Origin: an uncultured Chloroflexia bacterium
GTDB lineage: Bacteria > Chloroflexota > Anaerolineae > JAAYZQ01
NCBI GenBank assembly: GCA_963700285.1
Contig: CAVOXA010000010.1
Coordinates: 2,088,724 to 2,152,723, forward strand
Reading direction: 5' to 3'
DNA length: 64,000 bases
Each line of letters begins with the position of its first letter. Position 1 is the stretch's first letter. The position numbers were made by a program, and so were the translations under genes. Of this stretch, positions 45,076-58,230 are shown piece by piece. The notes beneath the pieces were generated by a model, which did no database searches, had not been told where the DNA came from, and saw nothing but the letters and a program-made list of their open reading frames with translations.

Positions 45076-45105
45076 ATTATACTCCATTATCAACCAGTTT
45101 GGCAA
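45076..45105 (-). promoter_or_regulatory. Own promoter of clpC
   Basis: Minus strand TTGCCA-18 bp-TATAAT. Confidence 0.55.
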
Positions 45106-45161
45106 GAAAATCCGAGACAGAAGGGCCAGGCGGATCGCAGAGCGCCCCGGCTCGTCTTGTC

Positions 45162-47785
<2,624 letters not shown>

Positions 47786-48048
47786 AACTCTCCCTACAAT
47801 GCTGGGTCGTGGTGCGAGGCGTCTGTTCCAGTACTGGACCGTACTCCAGGGCCAGAGATCCACGCTATCACAGGCCCGATCCCGACTGCGCCACCTCGCA
47901 CCAGTCCCATCATAGTCAATCTTGCACAGAACGATCTTATCCGCTGAGTGTTAGACGAGCGTGTGAGGAGTATTAGAGTTCTGTTAGAGGTTCTCCTGGC
48001 AGTATCCGGATACTACGCTGGATCACACAGGGGGGCATTTGTCAGCTT

Positions 48049-48516
48049 TCAGGAAAAAAGATCTGGTGTCACAAGCCAGCAAACCGACCAAGTCCGGGAC
48101 CCGTGATGCCTCTCCAAACAGGCGATGCTACCCACTGGAAAATCAACCACCGGGCGCCGCTTGCTGCCCGCCAGCAATAACCCCGCCAGTCGGACCAGAG
48201 AGGGATAGTGCCCCACAAGCATCAGCGACCTTGTCTCCTGGTTCAGGACCTCGGCCATGTGCCTGACATCGTCTTCGGGCCCGAGGCCAGGTACGGATGC
48301 TACGCCGCCGGCTGGCCCCAGATGTTCGGCCAAGATCATCGCCGTTTCCTCGGCCCGACGCCTGTCGCTGTGGCAGATCTGGTAGACCTCAACGCCCGCG
48401 CCCCGGGCAAAGGCTGCCACCTGCGCCATGTCGTCCCGCCCCCGTTCTGTTAGTGGCCGTGTTGGATCTACAGCCCCGGATGCCGCCTCGCCATGCCGAA
48501 CCAAATAGAACCGCAT
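48049..48516 (-). CDS. sixA: Phosphohistidine phosphatase SixA
   Basis: YLVRHGEA, RPLT, RAEETA, LVGH; GGAGG SD. Confidence 0.88.
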   Translation of the reverse strand: MRFYLVRHGEAASGAVDPTRPLTERGRDDMAQVAAFARGAGVEVYQICHSDRRRAEETAMILAEHLGPAGGVASVPGLGPEDDVRHMAEVLNQETRSLMLVGHYPSLVRLAGLLLAGSKRRPVVDFPVGSIACLERHHGSRTWSVCWLVTPDLFS

Positions 48517-48651
48517 CGTGTCCTCCCTCTCACCTGGACTGACCGTAGCATAGCATGGAAAAACATCGATGTCAATCACGTCCCTCCCACATTGTCATTC
48601 CCGCTCCTACCGCCGTGAGGATGAACTACGGCGGGATCACAGCAGGGTTGT

Positions 48652-48680
48652 TTGACAATCCGGCAGAAATCGCGTATATT
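48652..48680 (+). promoter_or_regulatory. Promoter of the topoisomerase gene
   Basis: TTGACA(48652)-17 bp-TATATT(48675). Confidence 0.75.
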
Positions 48681-48725
48681 AAGGTTGAGAAACCCAAAAC
48701 CGAATGCTACCCCGGATGAGCACGC

Positions 48726-51261
48726 ATGGAAATTGGAACCGTTCGACAGATTGATATTGATCAGGAGATGCAGGGCGCTTACCTGGACTATGCCATGAGC
48801 GTCATCGTCTCCCGAGCGCTGCCCGACGTACGCGATGGGCTCAAGCCAGTCCACCGCCGTATCTTGTATGCCATGCACGACATGGGCTCGCGGCCCAACA
48901 CTCCCTACAAGAAAAGCGCGCGCATCGTTGGTGAGGTTCTGGGCAAGTATCATCCCCATGGGGATGCCGCCGTCTATGAGGCAATGGCCCGTATGGCCCA
49001 GGATTTCAGCCTGCGCTACATGCTCGTAGATGGCCAGGGGAATTTTGGCTCCATTGACGGCGACAGCCCGGCTGCCATGCGCTACACCGAGGCGCGCATG
49101 GCGCACATCGCCATGGAAATACTGGCCGACATCGACAAAGACACCGTGGACTTTGTCCCCAACTTTGACGACACCCTCACCGAGCCGGCCGTGCTGCCGG
49201 CTGCCCTGCCCAATCTGCTCATCAACGGTGCGTCAGGTATTGCCGTCGGTATGACCACCAACGTCCCTCCACACAACTTGGCTGAGGTGTGCGATGCCCT
49301 TGCCTACCTCATCGACAATTACCGAAAGCTGGACGACGTGACCGTGGAGGACCTTGCCCGCTTCATACAGGGGCCCGATTTTCCAACCGGTGGCGTCGTC
49401 TACCGCTATGCTGGCGAGGATGGAGACGGTGAGCGGGTTGACCTGGTGCGAAACGCCTACGCACTGGGCCGTGGAAGTCTCACAGTACAAGCCCAGGTCC
49501 ACATCGAGGAGATGAGTCGCAATCGCAACCGCATCGTCGTCACGGAACTGCCATACCAGGTGAACAAAACTCGTCTCATCGAGCGCATCGCCGAACTGGT
49601 CCGCGATGGCCGCATTGAAGGCATCACCGACCTGCGGGACGAATCGGACCGCCAGGGCATGCGCGTCTGCATCGAATTGACGCGAACAGTCCAGCCCCGC
49701 GACATCCTATTCCAACTCTTCAAGCTCACGCCCATGCAGACCACTTTTGGCATGAGGATGCTGGCCCTGGTGGATGGCGAGCCCCGCCTGCTGTCCCTGC
49801 AGCGGGTACTGGTCCACTATCTGGAACACCGGCAGGAGGTCATTGTCCGGCGCAGTCGCTACCTGCTGGAGCGGGCCAAGCTGCGAGCACACATTCTGGA
49901 AGGCCTCCTCAAGGCCCTGGACAATATTGACGAGGTGATTGCTATCATTCGCCGTTCGCGTACTACCGATACGGCGCAAAAGAACCTGATGAGCGATCTC
50001 AAGCTGACAGAGATCCAGGCCCAGGCCATTCTCGAAATGCCACTCAAGCGGCTTGGCGGCCTTGGAACGGCGCAAGATTGCCGACGAGTACAGCGAAAGG
50101 CTCAAGGAGGTCAAGCACCTGCAGAGCCTGCTCCGCAGTCCGGACAAAATCCGGAAGGTCATTCGCGAGGATCTTCTGGCGCTCAAGACCCAATATGGCG
50201 ATGCCCGCCGTACTCGCATCGTAGACCAGGAGAAAGGCTATCACACAGCCCGCGATCTGGTGGAAGCGGACGATGTTCTCCTGACCCTGTGGCGTGACGG
50301 GCAGATAAACCGGATGGCCAAGGCGCCTCGTGTATCGTCCAAGTCCGTCCCGGTGGCCCAAGTGTGGGGCAATACCCGCGACGATGTGGCCTTTTTCTCC
50401 GCCAGTGGCCAAGTGGTCGTTGTGCCCATCCACCAGGTGCCGGATAACCTTGATACCCCCGTCAGCAACCTGACAGACCTGGATCGCTCAGAAATCGTGA
50501 TAAGCGCGATGGTCCTCCCGCATACGCCAGCGGACGAGGAAATGCCCGAGATCTACTTGACCCTGCTCACCCGTGGCGGACGTATCAAGCGCGTCACGCT
50601 GGCAGACCTTGCCTCCTCTGCTGGCCGGGGTCCGATTACGGCCATGAATTTGGAAGGGGATGATCAACTGACCTGGGTGGTGGAAAGCAATGGCGAAGAC
50701 GAGTTCCTCCTGGTCACACGACAGGGCAAGGCCATTCGTTTCTCTGAAGACGAGGTACGCCCAGTGGGACTGTCGGCTGGGGGTGTGCTCGCAGTCAAAC
50801 TGGGCACAGACGATGCGGTAGTGGGCATGGGGGTGATCCAGAAGGACACGCAAGTTGTTATCCTTACCGAGCAGGGTTATGCTAAACGCACGGCTGCAGA
50901 AGGCTTCCCCTCCCAAAAGCGCTACGGCGGCGGGGTCCAGGCTGCCAAACTCTCATCGCAGACTGGACCGGTAGCCGTGGCCACCCTGGCAGCCGAAAAC
51001 CAAAGCCTGGTCCTGATGACGGCCAAAGGCCAGGTGACCCAAATACCCGTGAAGGCCATTCAGGCCACGGGCCGGACAGCCGTGGGCCACAAAAGCAGGA
51101 AGGACACCCAGGAACCCTACATCGAGCCTGCCACGCACGGTCCCCCTGCCCTGCTTACCGCACTGGCTGGAACAAAGGCAGCCGCCAGGCGAGTCCATGC
51201 AAAGGCCACAGCGTCCAAGACGGAAGGGACGCGCAGCGAAAAACCCAAAGCCTCCAAGTGA
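48726..51261 (+). CDS. gyrA: Type IIA topoisomerase subunit A (GyrA/ParC family; CTD looks ParC-like), frameshift near 50053
   Basis: [36 protein letters not shown] (catalytic Tyr), beta-pinwheel repeats. Confidence 0.85.
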
Positions 51262-51298
51262 TCAACCTGAGGCCAAGAACCGAGGAGAAGAACCAGCG

Positions 51299-51676
51299 AT
51301 GAACTATCGAGATACACTGGTCACGTGCTCAGAGTGCGGAAAGCAGTTTGTTTTCACTGTGGAAAAGCAGCGCAAATTGGCCGACCGCGGCCCGGAGGTC
51401 GTTCCTCCAGACCTATGCGGATCTTGCACGCAAGCCACTACGCAAGCCACCTACAAAGGGGGCCAACTTCACGGCCAAATCAAGTGGTTCAGTCCGGAGA
51501 AGGGCTACGGCTTCCTGGTCCAAGAGGATGGCAGCGAGCTTTTTGTCCATCGTAGCGGCATAGTACCAACAGCCGATGGATCTCCCGCTACACTGGCAGA
51601 GGGCCAGGAAGTGCTGTATGAGGTTACCGAATCACCAAAGGGCCCGCAGGCAGTCCACGTAACCCCCTACCCATAG
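51299..51676 (+). CDS. Cold-shock domain protein with an N-terminal zinc ribbon
   Basis: CSECG..FVFT..CGSC, then GQIKWFSPEKGYGF, LFVH, KGPQA. Confidence 0.88.
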   Translation: MNYRDTLVTCSECGKQFVFTVEKQRKLADRGPEVVPPDLCGSCTQATTQATYKGGQLHGQIKWFSPEKGYGFLVQEDGSELFVHRSGIVPTADGSPATLAEGQEVLYEVTESPKGPQAVHVTPYP

Positions 51677-51679
51677 CAA

Positions 51680-51906
51680 GCGGTTCAGCCCTTCCCACTG
51701 ATTACCAGAGGGAGGCTCGCCCCAAGTGAACAACCAATCACCTTGCGTGCCTGGACGTACAGGGTGATTGGCTGTGGTGCCCTCAGTAGGAATCGTTGTG
51801 TGGCAACCCGATGGCTGTCAAGTCATCTGGGTCAATCGCGTCTTGACCCACAGACCATCGTGAAGGAACCTGCCCGGTCTGTTGCCAGGGGCCGAGGTCA
51901 GACCGC
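51680..51906 (-). ncRNA. Candidate structured noncoding RNA (~227 nt), family unknown
   Basis: Seven nested helices forming a two-arm three-way junction. G-U pairs favour the minus strand, and the two internal loops are complementary. Confidence 0.5.
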
Positions 51907-51980
51907 GTGCATGATTTGGCGACGTACCACAGCTATGTTATAATCTGCACTTGCGACATTGAAGGAAGGACAACGCGATC

Positions 51981-52364
51981 ATGAGCAGCGATCTACTACG
52001 ATCAGTCGAAGAGCAACAGCAAAAGGATACCATCGAACTCAAGTCGGACTTGCCGAACCTGCGGGTCGGCGATGACGTGGAGGTCCACTTTCGCATCGTC
52101 GAGGGTGATCGGGAGCGGGTCCAGTTGGTACGCGGCACGATCATGCGCATCCGCAATGGGTCAGGCGCCAACGCCAATTTCACAGTGCGGCGCATCGCTG
52201 CCCACGGCATTGGCGTGGAGCGCACCTTTCCTCTGCACTCACCGCGCATCGAAAAGATCGAGGTGCGACGGCACGCCCACGTGCGCCGCTCCAAACTCTA
52301 CTATCTGCGGGGCCGGCAGGGCAAGGCGGCACGCCTGAGAGAAAAGCGGTTCATCAGGAACTAG
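51981..52364 (+). CDS. rplS: 50S ribosomal protein L19
   Basis: [50 protein letters not shown] at 51936. Confidence 0.96.
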   Translation: MSSDLLRSVEEQQQKDTIELKSDLPNLRVGDDVEVHFRIVEGDRERVQLVRGTIMRIRNGSGANANFTVRRIAAHGIGVERTFPLHSPRIEKIEVRRHAHVRRSKLYYLRGRQGKAARLREKRFIRN

Positions 52365-52383
52365 CTCCTGGGGATCGTCCATC

Positions 52384-52458
52384 AAAGAGGGGCGTGCGAC
52401 GAAGGGTGAGCAACTCGCAGTCGAGTTTGGCTCACAATCTGTCGCACGGCCCTTTTTG
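52384..52458 (+). terminator. Long hairpin with T-tract after rplS
   Basis: AAAGAGGGGCGTGCGAC ... GTCGCACGGCCCTTTTT. Confidence 0.55.
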
Positions 52459-52489
52459 TATTTTGGCTCCTTGAGCAAAGACGGCCAAA

Positions 52490-53131
52490 GTGATATCCGC
52501 CCCAACCTTAGAACACGAAACTTGCCTGTGGGCCGAGGGCTACCGCCATGTCGCTGGTCTGGATGAAGCGGGACGGGGGGCCTGGGCCGGACCGGTGGTG
52601 GCCGCTGCTGTCGTCCTGCCTTTCGACCAGCCTGACCTGATGCAGCCTCTGGCGGGCGTCCGTGACTCCAAGACCCTGACGGCGGCGCGGCGAGAAGGAC
52701 TGATGGAGATCATCAACGACCATGCCCTGGCGTGGGCCATCGGCTCCGTTCCACCGGCCGAGATCGACCGCATGGGCATCGCGCCTGCGACCCGCAGTGC
52801 CATGGCCCAGGCCCTGGAAGCGCTATCTTGCCCGGCCAACTATCTGCTCATCGACTATCTGCCCCTGCCCGACGTACCGCTCCCTCAGCACCATCTACCA
52901 AAAGGGGATGTGTGGGTGCTGTCCATCGCCGCCGCCTCTATCGTGGCCAAGGTCCATCGCGACCGGATGATGGTTGGCCTCGAAGCTTGCTACCCCGGGT
53001 ATGGATTCGCCAGGCACAAGGGATACGGCACTGCGCAGCACCGGGCAGCCCTGGCTGCCCTGGGCCCATGCCCGGCCCACCGCATGTCCTTTGCGCCGCT
53101 GCAATGCCTTCGGGCGCCGCCTGCGTGCTAA
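52490..53131 (+). CDS. rnhB: Ribonuclease HII
   Basis: AGLDEAGRG, DSK, KGD, SIAAASIVAKV.RD, HKGYGT, HRMSF. Confidence 0.95.
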   Translation: MISAPTLEHETCLWAEGYRHVAGLDEAGRGAWAGPVVAAAVVLPFDQPDLMQPLAGVRDSKTLTAARREGLMEIINDHALAWAIGSVPPAEIDRMGIAPATRSAMAQALEALSCPANYLLIDYLPLPDVPLPQHHLPKGDVWVLSIAAASIVAKVHRDRMMVGLEACYPGYGFARHKGYGTAQHRAALAALGPCPAHRMSFAPLQCLRAPPAC

Positions 53132-53209
53132 TTGGTTGCGTAGCAGCAACTGGTTTTCTGCCACGAATTGTACAAATTTCACGAAGGCTGGATACTATAA
53201 TCCCAGTCT

Positions 53210-53478
53210 CTAGCCACCTATCAGTTTGATGCATAGGGCGCGAACCGTAGTCTGAGAGATTGACCTTGAGCCAAGCAGCGTTCCAGCCAATCCCAACCAA
53301 GGCGGAAGTAGCTTTTGTCGCGGCGGTCCTTGCAGTCCACTCCTCGATCCACATGCGCAGTTTGTAGGTCCGGATCGTGCGCCAGGTAGCATCAATGTCT
53401 GTGACGAGATACCAGGGTTCCTCCTCACCTTTTTCCCACTGGAGGACCGCAGATATAGGACCTTGATCATCGAAAACA
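53210..53478 (-). pseudogene. 3' remnant of an IS4-like DDE transposase
   Basis: EEPWYLVTD..YKLRMWIEE (YREK-like motif); reading ends KLIGG* at CTAG 53210. Confidence 0.65.
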
Positions 53479-54536
53479 GGTTCTTTCGCAATCTTCGTGA
53501 AATTGCGGTCTGCAGTGTGCGAGGATAATAGGGACTTTCCCAAACAGGAGGAAAGTCCCTATGCTTGCCCAAGTGCTCTTGCCGTGCTCGACCAATCTGG
53601 AGCTTGACGAAGCAGTTGTTGAGGATGAAGTGATCACCGTAGTGTTCGACTTCACCTGCGGGTCCGTCGCTTCTTCTGTGACAATGCAGTGTGCAAACGC
53701 AAGACCTTTGTTCTGGGAGTTGACGATTGGGCCTGGTGCAAAGGACAGCGTTACGGTACCATTCTCGTTGACCTTGAGCGTCGCTGTGTCATCGACTTGC
53801 TCCCAGATCGTAAGGCAGAAACCCTGGCAGATTGGCTTCGAGATCATCAGCCGCGACCGGGCAGGCGCGTACATCAAGGGCATCAATCAAGGTGCTCCCG
53901 ATGCAATCCAGGTCGCTGATCGCTGGCATCTACTGCAAAACTTGACGCTCTCATACGCGTTCTTGAGCAGAATCGAGCCTGCTTGCATGCTGCGGCAACT
54001 GAACCCAATGATGAACGCGAGCCCGAATCACAGCCCGAAATAAGTATGCGTGAAGAGAAAGAAGATCATTCACTGCTGACCAAGTTAGAACAAAGACAAC
54101 AAGGATACTCGGACTCGCGTCCATTGGTCAGCCGTTGGGCGGCGCAGATGCGCAAGCAGGAGCCCATGCTCTCAGCAGATGCTCAAGTGCATGTCAAACC
54201 GAAAAGGCAGGTGAAACGAGCCTGGTCGGCACGGTACGCCGTTTGGTTGCTTTTCAGCCAGCCAGAAACGTTGTCAGGCGAGAAGAAAGCCGTCCTGGAG
54301 CGCATGCTGAGTGTCAGCCCCACAATTCGGCGAGTCTACAACTTTGCACAAGCATTCACTCGAATTGTCCGCGACCGCTATGCCAAGTCCATGGAACCTT
54401 GGTTGACCGCTGTGATTGAGTCCAGGATTCCAGAACTGAATGGCTTTGCCCGAAGCCTCAGTCGAGACAAAGATGCGGTTCTCGCTGCTTTGTCATTGCC
54501 TTGGAGCAACGGGCAGGTTGAAGGACAAGTCAACCG
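53479..54536 (+). mobile_element. ISL3-family element remnant: left end plus a deleted/frameshifted transposase, truncated at 54536
   Basis: Starts GGTTCT, as ISL3-type ends do. [53 protein letters not shown], then an abrupt break. Confidence 0.85.
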
Positions 54537-54641
54537 TGTTGTGGGCCACGATCTTTGATCAGCCTTTGGCCGAATTAGGTGGGCAGGGGGTGGCACAAAA
54601 AAGGGGGCCGGATGGCCCCCAGGCGGGATGAGCAGAACCGG

Positions 54642-55240
54642 CTACGCACTGCGACTCAGCTCCAGGATCGCGCGCTTGGCATCGCTCTCGTCGAGGATCT
54701 TTTTGCGTTCGGCAAAGCCGAGGAGCAGACCGTTGAGGCAGACGCGGTTCAGTTGGCGAGGCACGCCGTGGCTGAACTGGTGGGCGGCGGCGATAAAGCT
54801 GTCGGAGAAAGGGCAGCTTTCGGCGCCGGTGACACGCAGATGATGCTTGATGTAGGCAACGGACTCCTGCAAATCGAAGGGCTGGATGTGGTAGCGGACC
54901 TGGATGCGCTGGTCCAGGGCCTCAAAGTCCTTGAGTTGGAGACGGGAGCGTAGATCGGGCTGGCCGAGGAGCACGAGCGTGAAGGGTGTGGCGGCGTCCA
55001 TGTCGGCGTTGAGCCAGAAGCGCAGCTCGTGGAGCAGGCGGTTGCTGAGCAGGTGGGCTTCGTCGACGACGAGGACGGGGCGGCGCCCCTGCTGGGCCAG
55101 CTCGGTGAGGGTGTTTCGAAGCCGCTCGCCGAGGCCGCGGGGGTGAAACGTGGTGCTGACGTGGAAGGCGGCGAGCAGGTAGGCGAACAGAGCCTGGACG
55201 GTGAGATTGGGATTGGGTACGTAAGCCGTCAGATAATAGT
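54642..55240 (-). pseudogene. ExeA/TniB-like AAA ATPase lacking its N-terminus and Walker A
   Basis: VLVVDEAH (Walker B), LVLLGQ, GVPRQLN are present. After the SD AAGGAG there is no start codon and no GxxGxGKT. Confidence 0.8.
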
Positions 55241-55251
55241 AGGGATGCTCC

Positions 55252-56706
55252 TTACAAACCAGAATCAGAAGGCTCGGAATCGGCAGCAAAGCGCTTGAAG
55301 GGGATCGGCGGCAGCTGCTCTCGGAGCAATTGCTCGTATTCCTGGCGCAGCAGGGCCAGATAGTCGACGCCGGTGGACGGTGCGGCCTGTGGCGGCACAG
55401 GCTCAGGCGTGACGCCCGGCTGGACGCTGGTCTGGATCTGCAGAGGGCGCGCCTGTTCCAGGTAGTGGCCATTGTACCAGATCTCGACGTCTGCCAGGTC
55501 GAAAGGGTCGTAGCGCAGCTCGACCTTCTCCCCGACGAGGTAGCCGGGGACGCTGTAGCGGTTGCCCTGAAAGTTGACGTGGCCGGTCTTGGTCACCTGG
55601 CGGGTGACGCGGAAGAGGAATGCCTGGCGCAAGGTGAGAGGGTCGACAGGGCGCACGGCCGGGGTCTCGTCGGCGTGGACGCGGTCGAGGGGCGACTGAC
55701 CAGTCTCGGTGTGGACCTTGCGGTGGTAGACGACCTCGAGCCAGGCCAGGAACGACAGATTCAAGTCGTCGAGGGTACGGATCGAGGCGGCGAGGGCCAA
55801 CTCGGGCAGAAAGTCAGAGCGGACAAAGCCAAAGAAGCGCTCGATCTTGCCCTTGGCTTGAGGCGAGTAAGGCTTGGCCAGGATACGCTGGATGCCGAGG
55901 GATGCGCAGGCGACGTCGAGTTGCTCGGCGCGGAAGGTGGGTCCCTGGTCGGCGTAGATGGCCAGCGGGCGGCCGTAGCGCATGATGCCGCGCTTGAGGC
56001 AATCTTCCAATCGTGGGAGCTGCTCGTTCCAGTAGAACTGGGCATGGGGCACCAGACGAGTGTGATCGTCGATGAAGGCAAAGAGGATCGTCGCCCGCTC
56101 CTGGGCGGGGTTGGCGGGATCGGGCAGTTTGGGACCGTGCATGGCGTCGGACTGCCACAGGTCGCCGAAATGGGAGCGCTCGAAACGGCGGAAGACGGGC
56201 CGTGCCTTCGTCAGGCGGGTGGTAGTGGCACCGCGAGCAGCCAGTTGGCGGGACAGGGTGCGCGGCGCGATGCGCTCCTCGGAGACAGGAGTGGCTGCGT
56301 CACGTTTGAGGATGTCAACGACGGCGCGGGTGGATCGGCTGGGCAGCTCGCGTTTGAGCGCCTCGGCGCGGTCGAGGGTTTCGGCCGAGAGGGTACGCGA
56401 GGCGCCGCGGTCGGAGCGCGGCTTGGGCTTGAGGCCGTCAAAGCCGCCGGCGAGGTAGTCCTTCTCCCAGCGGCGCAGGGTCGGGACGCTGACGGTGCAA
56501 CGCACGGAGTGGGGGATGAGGTGCTGCTGGGCAGCGATGGCTTCGCGGATCTCGTGTTTCGTACCTTCGCGTTGGCGATCGTGGCGGAGAAGAGGTAAAA
56601 TGAGGGTGTAGCGAAAGTGTGCTACCTCTGTTCGCCACTGTTCGTCGGGTGGTTTCGGCCCCGCCTGGGGTAGATCCACCTGGCCGGATGGCTGTGTTGC
56701 GGTCAT
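55252..56706 (-). CDS. DDE integrase/transposase with HTH and Mu-transposase C-terminal domain
   Basis: TLRRWEK..GFDGL, LWQSD, FIDDHTR, YADQG, KGKIERFF, YHRKVH, GNRYSV, RYDPFD; AGGAGG SD. Confidence 0.9.
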   Translation of the reverse strand: MTATQPSGQVDLPQAGPKPPDEQWRTEVAHFRYTLILPLLRHDRQREGTKHEIREAIAAQQHLIPHSVRCTVSVPTLRRWEKDYLAGGFDGLKPKPRSDRGASRTLSAETLDRAEALKRELPSRSTRAVVDILKRDAATPVSEERIAPRTLSRQLAARGATTTRLTKARPVFRRFERSHFGDLWQSDAMHGPKLPDPANPAQERATILFAFIDDHTRLVPHAQFYWNEQLPRLEDCLKRGIMRYGRPLAIYADQGPTFRAEQLDVACASLGIQRILAKPYSPQAKGKIERFFGFVRSDFLPELALAASIRTLDDLNLSFLAWLEVVYHRKVHTETGQSPLDRVHADETPAVRPVDPLTLRQAFLFRVTRQVTKTGHVNFQGNRYSVPGYLVGEKVELRYDPFDLADVEIWYNGHYLEQARPLQIQTSVQPGVTPEPVPPQAAPSTGVDYLALLRQEYEQLLREQLPPIPFKRFAADSEPSDSGL

Positions 56707-56840
56707 GGGCTGCCTCCTGTGTTGGTGTGGGAGCAGTGTAGCAGGGGGCAGCCGGGCTGTCCAGACTGAAGTATGTGGGTCTGGGCTGGGACGGGCGACT
56801 GGCCGGTCGCCCGTCCCTTCTGCCGCATTGTATGAGCCGA

Positions 56841-57541
56841 TCAAGCGGGAGCGCGGGCGCAGGCCTGCGGCCAGAGTAGGCGAGGCACGCGTCCTGCGGC
56901 GACGAGGGCGGCTGCCGCGAAGGCAAGGAGCATGTCTGCCTGAAAGGCCAGATCGGTTTGGCGCACATGGGCGGCTGCGTAGAACGCTTCGGCCAGGCGC
57001 CAGGGTTGCCAGGCGCGGGTGAAAGCGGCTCGGCGCTTCGGACTGCCGATGGCTGCGAGGAGCTCCGGCGGCCGGCCGAGTTCGAACGCAAGCAAGGGGC
57101 CGAAGGCCAGCAGCTTGTGCTGGAGCCAGGGCAGGAGCCATTCGGTACTGTGGACAAAGGTCCAGACCCAACCATGGATGGTGGAGAAGGCCGGTTGATC
57201 GTAGGGGCCGACGGCATCGGCCAACTCGTCGCCCCACAAGCCGACGTCGATGGCCAGGGAAATGGCCTTCTGGATCAGGAACAGGGTGTAGTGCCGAAAC
57301 ATGTGCAAGAAGCTGGGCAGCAACGCGTCGGTCACGTGGCAGACGGTGCAGCGCACGCGCTCGATCCGGATGGACACGGATGAGTGGTGAGACGTACCCA
57401 GCGGGCGTAGCTGCCCCAGAAGATGCAGGTGTGTTCGGCGCCGCAGTGCGGGCAGCGCTCAGGACGCACCTCGAGGACCCAGGCAGCGTACTGCACCTGG
57501 TAGTCCTCAACAGAGCCGACCAAGCAGCCGACAACGGCCAC
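56841..57541 (-). CDS. DUF6431-like zinc-ribbon transposon accessory protein, frameshift near 57380
   Basis: CPHCG..WGSYAR in one frame, RVRCTVCH.T.ALLPSFL in the next. Start approximate. Confidence 0.7.
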
Positions 57542-57839
57542 GGTGACGCGTCGGTACCCCCTGGGTGCCTCTGGTGCTGGCCCTGTGGCGGGAACGGCCG
57601 GTTGCCACGCCGGGCAGGGCGAGTGTACTGGAACGGTCAGATTATCGCCGGGGTGGGGCAAGCCGTCAACTCGGGTACAGGGCATGATCATCAAGCCAAT
57701 CAAAGATCGTGACCTATCGTCAAGAACAGTGGATCAAGGAAAGCAGCCGACAATGGATCAGAGAGTCTGGCCTACCGGCAGGGGATCACTCAATCTGTCC
57801 CCAAAGAGACCTCTATGGATCATATAATTGGGCCGCCCA

Positions 57840-58230
57840 CATGGAGTTCCCAGCCGATCGTTGGTTGCTCATTGAGGACAATTTGAGCGCCCACACCAGT
57901 CGACAGACCAGGCTCGCATTGGCTGCCTGGCCTGAAGTTCGAATTCGGTTCATCCCCAGGTATGCCTGTTGGTTGAACCTGATAGAATCTTGGTGGAAGC
58001 AGTTGCGTTCCTTGGCACTTAAAGGTCGGCGATTCGAGGCATTGAATGAACTGACTGCGACGTTGAATGCGGCTCTGGTTTATTGGAATACGCATCGGCG
58101 CCCCTATCATTGGAACAAGAAGCCTCAAGAACAAGTGACTTTGTTAGGAACTTTGGTATCGTGCCTGCTGCCCAAATGCCATAAGTTTAGCGAAAAGACC
58201 ATCAAGCGAGTCAGTTGGAATCTACTTTGA
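57840..58230 (+). pseudogene. C-terminal remnant of an IS630-family transposase
   Basis: LIEDNLSAH, FIPRYACWLNLIESWW (DDE_3 motifs); no N-terminus. Confidence 0.8.

Larger units (their letters stand above)
54537..57780 (-). mobile_element. Three-gene transposon: zinc-ribbon protein, Mu/rve-type transposase, ExeA-like ATPase; TG..CA ends
   Basis: Left end TGTTGTGGGCCACGATCTTTGATC. Related inverted copies at 57699-57722 (CACGATCTTTGAT exact) and 57756-57780. The right boundary could be 57722 or 57780. Confidence 0.75.

Noticed and set aside
51680-51906. Identification of the structured element as 6S RNA or an IS110 bridge RNA
   Set aside because: 6S is a single rod with a central bubble, whereas this has two arms; no IS110 recombinase is nearby. 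Kept as an unknown RNA candidate.
53175-53504. 12-bp inverted match AATTTCACGAAG / CTTCGTGAAATT as paired ISL3 ends
   Set aside because: The match does not extend to the terminal AGAACC, and the orientation is wrong for enclosing the ISL3 gene.
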